IMG/VR virus record: IMGVR_UViG_3300030330_003269
Coordinates: 32,766 to 96,765 of that record
Direction: 5' to 3' (one strand)
Origin: a virus
Taxonomy: Duplodnaviria > Caudoviricetes
DNA length: 64,000 bases
Shown: piece by piece, positions 56,755 through 64,000 of the stretch
Position numbering within the stretch: position 1 is the first letter of the stretch
Layout: every line of letters begins with the position of its first letter
Program-made: the position numbers and the translations under genes
Notes under the pieces: model-generated
Seen by the model: the letters and a program-made list of their open reading frames with translations, nothing else
Told to the model about the DNA's origin: nothing
Databases searched by the model: none

Positions 56755-57071
56755 AGAATAATATTTCAACTGGACAAAAATTTAAATCAATCAAAAGCGG
56801 TCTAAGCACCGCTTCAAAATATCCTGACCGACCAATGCAACAATTTGAAAACATCTCTTTGTTGGATAGAGCAGAACGACACGCAAATGCTCATCCAAAT
56901 GATGAAAATAAACCAAGAGAAGACAAAGGCGTTCAATGGCGAAAGAAAAATGAAAAGCGAACCGAGCGAGAAAAGCGTCTTGAAGAGTTTTACAAGACTC
57001 ATGTTTATACTTGGGTTTCTCACGATAGGCGGGCATGGGTCGCTATTCCACCAATGGAGGAAGAAGAATGA
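56751..57071 (+). CDS. hypothetical protein
   Basis: 106 aa, ATGA-coupled. Confidence 0.6.
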   Translation: MKNNISTGQKFKSIKSGLSTASKYPDRPMQQFENISLLDRAERHANAHPNDENKPREDKGVQWRKKNEKRTEREKRLEEFYKTHVYTWVSHDRRAWVAIPPMEEEE

Positions 57072-57289
57072 TTGCTATTGGTGATTATGTTTTGATTAAT
57101 ATTCCTCCTACGGTTATTTCAGGAATTCATGTCAAAAATGATGGGTATGGTGTTTGTGTTTCTGCACCAAGTCTTCCGCATATTGAAGGAAAGAGAGTTA
57201 TGTTTGATTCAGACCAGAAATATCATGAGTATGAAGATAATGTGATTATTCATAAGAATCATCTTTTGCTATGTTTGGAGGAAGAATAG
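57068..57289 (+). CDS. groES: GroES-like co-chaperonin (divergent)
   Basis: MIAIGDYVLI..TVISGI..GVCVS..GKRVMF; upstream of GroEL. Confidence 0.7.
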   Translation: MIAIGDYVLINIPPTVISGIHVKNDGYGVCVSAPSLPHIEGKRVMFDSDQKYHEYEDNVIIHKNHLLLCLEEE

Positions 57290-57402
57290 ATGTGTGGAGC
57301 AATTAGAACAGAATGCGAAACAGAAGGATGTGAGCGTTTTACCAAAGAGGTTTATTGTTCTCAATGTCAGGCAAACATGGCTCATCTTACGGGGGTCTAA
57401 TT

Positions 57403-58929
57403 ATGATTATTCAAGGAAAAGAAGTAAAAGAAAAACTACTACAAGGAATTAACTTGGTTGCTGATACTGTTAAACCAACATTAGGGCCACAAGCAAAAAC
57501 AGTTATTTTGCAGGGTAATCCTCCAGTTGTGATTAATGACGGCGTAACGATTACCAAGTATGTTTCCCATGAAGACCCTTATGTTCAAATGGGAGTTCAA
57601 TTGGTTCAAAATCTAGCAAGTAAAGCCCAAGAAGGCTCAGGTGATGGGACTACAACGGCTTGTATTCTTGCACAGGCTTTTTGTAATGAATTGTTTAATA
57701 GTGAAGATAACATGACGGCACATGACTTTAATCTGTTGATGGAGAATCTTCGCCAACAAACGATTGATTTCTTGAATGATATTTCCATGACTGTTGAAGA
57801 TTCGGATATTCTAAATGTTGCTACAATTGCGGCAAACAATGATGCCTCTCTTGGTCATTTGATTCAAGAAGCGTTTAATACGGTTGGTCGTGATGGTGTT
57901 ATCACCGTTGAGGAATCTAACAACTATACTACAAAATTGATTCTCCGAGAGGGAATGGAAGTTCCCGAAGGATATATCAGTCATTTAATGTGCAACACCG
58001 AAAGCGGTAAGGTTGAATTTGAAAATCCATTGATTTTCTTATCCAATATTCCTTTCCGTTCTTTTAAGGATTTGTTGCCAATGCTTGAGTATTCTTCACA
58101 GAACGGAAGACCTCTGTTAATTCTTTGTAAGGGTATGGAAAGTTCGGCATTAAACAATCTATTGATGAATCTAATCAATAAGACTGTGGAGTGTGCGGCT
58201 ATTCTTGCACCTAACTTTGGTGATGCACAAATTGATGAATTGGCTGATATCCAAGCAATTGTTGGTGGAAAGGTATTCAACCATGAAAGCAAAGATAATC
58301 CTCAACAGTTTGTTGTTTCTGACTTTGGAACCTGTGAGAAGGTTATTATCAGCAAAGAGAACACTACCTTTGTGGGTGGTGAAGGAAACGCTGATGAACG
58401 AATTGCTACTCTCAAAGAAACATTGAGCGAAATGAAAGGATATGATGCGGCACGAATTAAGTCTCGTATTACTCGTCTAAAGGGTGGCGTTGCTACAATC
58501 AAGGTTGGTGCTTCTTCATCAATTGAAATGCGAGAAAAGAAAGAAAGACTTGATGATGCCCTTAATGCAACAAAAGCGGCTCTTGAAGAAGGTATTGTTG
58601 TTGGTGGCGGTGTTCCATTCATTCGTCTTGCTCATGCTATTGATGCACCAGATTGGTTTAGAAAATCTGTTGTTAAGCCTTATCGTGTTCTTTTAGATAA
58701 TGCAAATTATACTGAACAGACCCGTGTTGTTGGTTTTGAAATTGAAAAGACAATTGATGGAACAAATCCTAACTGGGGATTCAATGCCGTTTCATGTCAG
58801 CATGAAGATTTGTTCAAAGCAGGAGTCTTTGACCCAGTAAAGGTTTCTAAGAACAGTTTCTTGGCGGCATTGTCAATTGCTCAGTTGTTTTATTCAACAG
58901 ATGTTGCAGTATTGGTGGGAGAACAATGA
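57403..58929 (+). CDS. groEL: group I chaperonin GroEL
   Basis: TLGP, NDGVTI, GDGTTTA, GRDGVITVEE, GGVATIKVG, DALNATKAALEEGIVVGGG, DPVKV. Confidence 0.95.
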   Translation: MIIQGKEVKEKLLQGINLVADTVKPTLGPQAKTVILQGNPPVVINDGVTITKYVSHEDPYVQMGVQLVQNLASKAQEGSGDGTTTACILAQAFCNELFNSEDNMTAHDFNLLMENLRQQTIDFLNDISMTVEDSDILNVATIAANNDASLGHLIQEAFNTVGRDGVITVEESNNYTTKLILREGMEVPEGYISHLMCNTESGKVEFENPLIFLSNIPFRSFKDLLPMLEYSSQNGRPLLILCKGMESSALNNLLMNLINKTVECAAILAPNFGDAQIDELADIQAIVGGKVFNHESKDNPQQFVVSDFGTCEKVIISKENTTFVGGEGNADERIATLKETLSEMKGYDAARIKSRITRLKGGVATIKVGASSSIEMREKKERLDDALNATKAALEEGIVVGGGVPFIRLAHAIDAPDWFRKSVVKPYRVLLDNANYTEQTRVVGFEIEKTIDGTNPNWGFNAVSCQHEDLFKAGVFDPVKVSKNSFLAALSIAQLFYSTDVAVLVGEQ

Positions 58930-59321
58930 AGAAGGCGATAACTGTCGTTTTACCTGCACCCCATAAGGCTCAAATTAGATGCCCTGTTTGTGAAGGAAAT
59001 AAATGCAGAGTCTGTAATTTTACAGGTTCATTAAAGATTGATGTTGAACCAAGAATCCCTATTCAAAGAACGCATATCATCAAATATATTGCTGAGAATA
59101 TTCAAACAGTAGCAAATGAATTAACTAAAAAGTATGGATTAAACCCTGAAGTTAATACTATTGAAGTGCTAGAATTAAATGATGGCCAGTATGAAGTTGT
59201 TCAAGTATCTTCTCTTGGTGGTGTTTGTTGGATTGTTAATCGTCTTGATGAGTTAGATACTCCAAGATATTTCACATCAAAGCAGGAGTTAGAAAGATTC
59301 AAACAGGGGTGGATGAATTGA
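58926..59321 (+). CDS. Zn-finger protein (CxxCxG motifs)
   Basis: CPVCEG..CRVCNFTG. Confidence 0.65.
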   Translation: MKKAITVVLPAPHKAQIRCPVCEGNKCRVCNFTGSLKIDVEPRIPIQRTHIIKYIAENIQTVANELTKKYGLNPEVNTIEVLELNDGQYEVVQVSSLGGVCWIVNRLDELDTPRYFTSKQELERFKQGWMN

Positions 59322-59530
59322 CAGATGAATTAGAAGTAAAAGGAACAATTGTTCGGAATGCAAACCAAGATTGTAAAATTAAGATGGGTAAGTATTGGAA
59401 CATTGAAGTGGTTGATATTCGCTGGTATAATAGCGATAAGCCAACCAACAAAGGCATACGCCTAAATAGAGAAGAAGCAAAAACATTATTAGATATTTTG
59501 AGGAGGGAACTCAATGACGGACAGAACTAA
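59309..59530 (+). CDS. PC4/Sub1-like ssDNA-binding protein
   Basis: VDIRWY...PTNKGIRL signature. Confidence 0.85.
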   Translation: MDELTDELEVKGTIVRNANQDCKIKMGKYWNIEVVDIRWYNSDKPTNKGIRLNREEAKTLLDILRRELNDGQN

Positions 59531-60038
59531 GATAAGTGAATTACAAGCAAAGAAAGCGGTAAGAAAAGCCAATCCTGAAAGACAATGGGGTAATTCTCAT
59601 GGTCAGTCTCTAACAAAGTTTAGAGCAAAGGCTGGAGAATTGGTAGATTTATTTGCTTTATACATTGAACAAAGAATGCCTGTTCCGCCGAATAGTGGAA
59701 GAGGTTGCCGTGTGCAGTTGCCTCATGTTGAAATGGCGTTTGGAAGAATGTATCAGGCTATGAGGCAATTTATGGACGATGAATTGACTATGAAGAAATT
59801 AAAAGAAAATGAAGCAAAGGATATTATCACTACAGATATTAACACACTTCATAAAGAAAGAACCTTGTTGTCTAATGAAATCACAGCGCATGAAAAAGAA
59901 AAGATTAGGCTTCTAGAAAATATTAGAAAACTAGAATTAAGGAGGAAAGATGTCAAAAATATAGATACTGATAAACAAAGCCTATATTATGATATGCTTA
60001 AAAGACTAAATGAATTAGAAGGAGAGGAAGAAGAATGA
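59514..60038 (+). CDS. divergent histone-fold protein with coiled-coil tail
   Basis: ISELQAKKAVRK...RVQLPHVEMAF. Confidence 0.5.
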   Translation: MTDRTKISELQAKKAVRKANPERQWGNSHGQSLTKFRAKAGELVDLFALYIEQRMPVPPNSGRGCRVQLPHVEMAFGRMYQAMRQFMDDELTMKKLKENEAKDIITTDINTLHKERTLLSNEITAHEKEKIRLLENIRKLELRRKDVKNIDTDKQSLYYDMLKRLNELEGEEEE

Positions 60039-60394
60039 TTAACTATGATTATGACAGATTATTGAAGTGGCTCTATGAAAAAGATAGAGGGCTTTTTGAC
60101 GAGTGGGTTATGCTTTGTAAAGAACAAAGTGCAGAATACAAAAAGAAGACATCTAAAGATAATAGAATGCTTGATTACTGTCTTACTAGGTATAAGGAAA
60201 CATTCCCAGATACCCCACAGCATATTGTAAATGCTATTGACTTACTCAACCACGAAAAAGATTTACCTTATGAAGATAAGATGCCTGCTATTCGTGCTTT
60301 GTTGCATGAAAGAGGCGGAAGAATCTTTAGAGGTAGCGGTAATCTTTGGGGTCAATGGAAAAGCGAATTTGAACAATTGGAGGAAGAGGAATGA
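60035..60394 (+). CDS. hypothetical protein
   Basis: 119 aa, coupled. Confidence 0.65.
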   Translation: MINYDYDRLLKWLYEKDRGLFDEWVMLCKEQSAEYKKKTSKDNRMLDYCLTRYKETFPDTPQHIVNAIDLLNHEKDLPYEDKMPAIRALLHERGGRIFRGSGNLWGQWKSEFEQLEEEE

Positions 60395-60747
60395 ATGAAC
60401 TATACAATACAACCGTTGATGATAAAGCATTTGAAGAATGGGCGAAAGAGATGAAGGGATTAATTCCTAATGATTTGAACCTTGACCACTTTAATCAAGG
60501 ATATGCTGAATTAGCAGACGGAGCAAACTATTTAGCAAGAGCCAGTTTTGTTTGTTATTGGGAAATCTCAATGAATAACAGTCTTGCTAGATTAGCACCA
60601 GCAATTACTCAAGCAACCCTTATTCACATGATGCATCGTTTTATTGAACAAGGGCAAATTGAAGAGGCGCAGGTTGTTGAACAACTTATGATTAATTTCT
60701 TGCGTCTTCTTCAAGCATTAGGCGGTGCAAATGATGAAGAAGAGTGA
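60391..60747 (+). CDS. hypothetical protein
   Basis: 118 aa, coupled. Confidence 0.65.
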   Translation: MNELYNTTVDDKAFEEWAKEMKGLIPNDLNLDHFNQGYAELADGANYLARASFVCYWEISMNNSLARLAPAITQATLIHMMHRFIEQGQIEEAQVVEQLMINFLRLLQALGGANDEEE

Positions 60748-60931
60748 ATGGAACTATTTGGCGAAAGCCATGTGGGAATATTCAGAAAAACACGAAGGTA
60801 AAATCAGTCGCCTTCTAAAAGAACTGATAAGACTAATACACAACAATATGGAGATGATTGAAAATGACATGGGAAAATATGAGCAGAATGCTACAAGCGA
60901 CAGACCAATTAACACCGACTCAACAGATTAG
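60725..60931 (+). CDS. hypothetical protein
   Basis: 68 aa overlapping its neighbours. Confidence 0.45.
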   Translation: MQMMKKSEWNYLAKAMWEYSEKHEGKISRLLKELIRLIHNNMEMIENDMGKYEQNATSDRPINTDSTD

Positions 60932-62405
60932 TCGGATTTCACGGGACTTGGAAACATTCACGACTGAGAAGAGTAGTCCTTCTTTGGTTTTGCAGATTCT
61001 TGATAAAGATAAACTTGAAGCCAACAGTCTTGGATTAGCAAAGGCGAAGAAATGGATGGCTAAGATTTTTGGTATCTTTGATGATGAAATTGACGGATTG
61101 ATGTATGCTCACGATGATTTGGGCGAAGCAATTTATCATCTTGATTCATCAGCAGAAAAGCAACGAAACTTTTCTGTTCAGTATGTTCACCGACTATTGA
61201 ACATGAATTGTGGAAAGATTGATTCTAATGAATTTGAAATGATTGAGGAATCAATTTTGGCTATGTCTGCAAATGCACGACGCTGGTTCATTCGCTATAT
61301 GCTAAGAACACCACGAAACGGAATCAATGAAGGAACGGTTGCGAAGATTATTGCCAAGCACTACAATAAGAAGCAAGCAGATGTGAAGAAACATTTGAAT
61401 TTTAATTCGGTTGAAACAGTTGTTTCTCATTATGTTGCAGGTTCTAATCCTCCATGCAATCTAACATATGGAAAATTCATTAAGCCAATGCTTGCTAAGG
61501 AAGTTCCGATGAATAAGTGGCCGACTAACTTTGTTGTTGATTACAAATACGATGGAAACCGTTATCAAATTCACATTGATGGAGATAAGACAATGATTTT
61601 TAATCGTAAAGGTAAAATCGTAACTCAGCAATTCCCCGATATTGTTGAATTGGTTCAAGCCTATGATGTTGAAAACGCTATTCTTGATGGTGAAATCTAT
61701 CCTATCTTGGAAAATGGCGCACCTGCGCCTCATAAGCAAATGGGAACAAGGGTTCATTCAAAGAATGTTCAAGAGGCTATGGAAAGGGTCAAGGTTGAAT
61801 GGGTCATTTTTGATTGTCTCATGTTGAACAACGAAACAGTCATGGATTTGTCATACACGGAACGCTTGGAGAAGATGAAAGACTTGCCGAATCAAGCACA
61901 CCGAATCACAGAAGGCGACATTATGGCCTTTTACCATGAAGCAATCAACGAAGGCTTTGAAGGAATCATCGTTAAAGATGCAAGCCAACCTTACCAATCA
62001 GGAAAACGCTCCGTTTTCTGGGCTAAATATAAACCTCCGCAGATTAATCTTGATGTTGTTATCCTCTCCGCAAAATACGGGGAAGGTAAGCGGTCAAATG
62101 TTTTCGGCACTTACGAGTTAGGCGTGAAGGCTGATAATGGTTTTCATAGCGTTGGTTGGTGTGGAACAGGCTTCTCGGACAGCGATTTAATCAACCTCAC
62201 CAATACGCTACGGCGTAATGTTGAATCCTTTGACAACGGGCGATTCTTTGTTTCGCCTGTTGTTGTTCTTGAAGTTAAGGCTGATTTGGTTAGCCGAGAT
62301 GCTAATAATGATATTGGGCTTAGGTTCCCAAGATGTATTCGTATTCGTGATGATAAATTTGTTGCGGATATTAACACTTTAAATGATGTGGAGAGATTAG
62401 AATGA
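60858..62405 (+). CDS. lig: ATP-dependent DNA ligase (replicative type)
   Basis: N-terminal DNA-binding domain, KPMLA, YKYDG, ILDGE, EGIIVK, WAKYK, LRFPR. Confidence 0.95.
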   Translation: MKMTWENMSRMLQATDQLTPTQQISRISRDLETFTTEKSSPSLVLQILDKDKLEANSLGLAKAKKWMAKIFGIFDDEIDGLMYAHDDLGEAIYHLDSSAEKQRNFSVQYVHRLLNMNCGKIDSNEFEMIEESILAMSANARRWFIRYMLRTPRNGINEGTVAKIIAKHYNKKQADVKKHLNFNSVETVVSHYVAGSNPPCNLTYGKFIKPMLAKEVPMNKWPTNFVVDYKYDGNRYQIHIDGDKTMIFNRKGKIVTQQFPDIVELVQAYDVENAILDGEIYPILENGAPAPHKQMGTRVHSKNVQEAMERVKVEWVIFDCLMLNNETVMDLSYTERLEKMKDLPNQAHRITEGDIMAFYHEAINEGFEGIIVKDASQPYQSGKRSVFWAKYKPPQINLDVVILSAKYGEGKRSNVFGTYELGVKADNGFHSVGWCGTGFSDSDLINLTNTLRRNVESFDNGRFFVSPVVVLEVKADLVSRDANNDIGLRFPRCIRIRDDKFVADINTLNDVERLE

Positions 62406-62767
62406 GTAAATCAGATGCAAAAGCAAGAGTAAATCATATTGCAGACCCGACTGGTAGAGTTAGAAAAATTACAGATATGAGTTTGAAACAGGTGAATAAT
62501 CATCTATCCAATATTTCTAGAAGAATTAAATGGGATAGTAGAGTGCTTATTCATTTGTATGAGCGACGGTCGCAGTTAATGGGAGAGCCTATTGAACCGA
62601 GAAAGAATCAACGCAAGATAGCAGAATGGATTGGTATTAAAGACATAAAACCCGAAAATGAACAAAGGTATAAACAATTGATTTTGTTGTGTCTTAATAT
62701 GTTTGATAGTGGAAAAGCCGACCTTCCTGTGATTGAAGCCATTTTAAGGCAGGTGATGGATGAATGA
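62402..62767 (+). CDS. hypothetical protein
   Basis: 121 aa. Confidence 0.65.
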   Translation: MSKSDAKARVNHIADPTGRVRKITDMSLKQVNNHLSNISRRIKWDSRVLIHLYERRSQLMGEPIEPRKNQRKIAEWIGIKDIKPENEQRYKQLILLCLNMFDSGKADLPVIEAILRQVMDE

Positions 62768-63210
62768 TTCAACAGGGAGATATGACAATCATTGGGACAA
62801 CAACTTATCGTTGTTTGAAAATTGAAGACGGTATGGCTCATTTAAAGAACATTCTGCATGACCAAGGCAGACCAAAGGTTGTTGAGCAGAAATACTGTCC
62901 TTATATTTTAGATGGAAAAGTTATTGTTCCAGAAAAACCAAAACCAAAACCAATTCCACGAACAACCAAAATAAATGTAACTCAACTTATCAAAGATACA
63001 ACCGATTTAACTGTATCTAATGATGCAAAGTATTTTATTAGTGAATGGGTTGAAACGGCTATTGCTAATATGGTTAGCAACGCCGAGGAAAATGCTTTAA
63101 TGATGGGACACTCTCGCCTAACTGCCGCACACTTCTTTTGGCTTGAGACAAATACCGCACCTAATGGTTATTGGCCTGAAAACAAAGAATACATGAATGA
63201 GAGTGAATAA
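62764..63210 (+). CDS. histone-fold protein with N-terminal beta domain
   Basis: INVTQLIK..LTVSNDAK..ISEWVE...AEENA..GHSRLTAAHF aligns by eye to archaeal histones. Confidence 0.75.
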   Translation: MIQQGDMTIIGTTTYRCLKIEDGMAHLKNILHDQGRPKVVEQKYCPYILDGKVIVPEKPKPKPIPRTTKINVTQLIKDTTDLTVSNDAKYFISEWVETAIANMVSNAEENALMMGHSRLTAAHFFWLETNTAPNGYWPENKEYMNESE

Positions 63211-63586
63211 AATGGTCAATGACCCAGTATTGCAAGAACTGGTTAATAAATATGACCATGTATTCAATCTTAATTTTCTTGTATATGGCGATTTAAAAGA
63301 TGAAGAAGTATCTCTTTTAACCAAAGGGCTAATTGTTATGATTTCATCTCAAATAACAACTGCACAACATGGAGAGGCAGTATTGTTATTTGACCCAATC
63401 TCTGAAGAAGCGGCGGTTCTTCATGAAACATTTCAAGGAACGAGCCTAAATGTTATTTATGCTTCTTCTGTTGAGGTTGAAGAAGATATTTTAAATTTAG
63501 TTGAAGAAACAATATTAGATGGATTAAAATATCTAAGATACAAAGCAGATTTTCAAGGAATAACAAGGAGCGTTTCTCATGTATAG
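63197..63586 (+). CDS. hypothetical protein
   Basis: 129 aa. Confidence 0.65.
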   Translation: MRVNKMVNDPVLQELVNKYDHVFNLNFLVYGDLKDEEVSLLTKGLIVMISSQITTAQHGEAVLLFDPISEEAAVLHETFQGTSLNVIYASSVEVEEDILNLVEETILDGLKYLRYKADFQGITRSVSHV

Positions 63587-63974
63587 TAGAGATATGCTCA
63601 TAGGTATTCTTCTTAGTCTTTCTAAGATGGATTTTATTTTAGAAAGAAGTCCTGCATCAAAAATGGGATATATTGTTAGATTGAGTTTATCCCTAAGAGC
63701 AGATGAAAAGTTTCTACTCGGTGTTAAGAGAAGCCTATTACAACATGAAATTACCTCTTCCTACAAAGAAAGGGAGAGTAAAACACGACCGAGACCTATT
63801 CTTAAGATAGGCGGCATAAAAAATCTATACAAGATAGTTGAAATGACACCGAATCTTCCAGATGCAAAGGACGAATGGACAGTATTTAGGGAAGTAGTGC
63901 ATTTGGTTTCTCACGGAGAACATCGTAATGCAGAAGGATTAGAAAGAATATTTGAATTAAAAGGAGTAATATGA
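63579..63974 (+). CDS. degenerate LAGLIDADG-fold protein
   Basis: LIGILLS lacks the DG; GYIVRL, C-terminal GEHRNAEGLERIFELK typical of single LAGLIDADG enzymes. Confidence 0.7.
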   Translation: MYSRDMLIGILLSLSKMDFILERSPASKMGYIVRLSLSLRADEKFLLGVKRSLLQHEITSSYKERESKTRPRPILKIGGIKNLYKIVEMTPNLPDAKDEWTVFREVVHLVSHGEHRNAEGLERIFELKGVI

Positions 63975-64000
63975 ATGGGATTAACCAATTACAATAAAGA

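Noticed and set aside
42995-60747. Shared C-terminal EEE as a protein signal
   Set aside because: Explained by the overlapping GAGG/GGTGA RBS plus GAAGAATGA translational coupling
41583-63324. Minus-strand ORFs opposite early genes
   Set aside because: Antisense shadows of well-supported plus-strand genes

Overview
This window is a 64-kb segment of a large tailed (HK97-fold) archaeal virus. It is most consistent with a magrovirus infecting Marine Group II / Poseidoniales; this assignment is inferred from archaeal GGTGA Shine-Dalgarno sites, TATA promoters, a TFB homologue, histone folds, two ATP-dependent ligases, class II RNR and GroEL/GroES. It has three blocks. (1) 1-35.9 kb, minus strand: late/head module with a small GTPase plus membrane proteins, major capsid protein, prohead protease-scaffold, ligase-domain protein, portal, terminase and about 25 accessory genes. 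(2) 36.0-40.2 kb: short minus-strand units each under a palindrome-plus-TATA promoter, a roughly 590-nt ORF-free structured transcript, and an origin-like region at the strand switch. (3) 40.2-64 kb, plus strand: replication, metabolism and host-takeover genes with two tRNAs. The strongest candidate new system is a capsid cargo-loading code. More than 20 otherwise unrelated late proteins carry W-x-x-[ILVM]-[LIV]-K at or near the N-terminus. This resembles the C-terminal helix of the scaffold (MDWSEIHKM), and the genes sit in cassette arrays bounded by DNA repeats that encode the RBS and leader. Also notable are a viral ubiquitin-like set (Ubl ending GG-NY, E1/ThiF, JAB, possible E2), the large ncRNA candidate and a divergent histone pair. 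All calls come from reading motifs by eye; no database searches were run.
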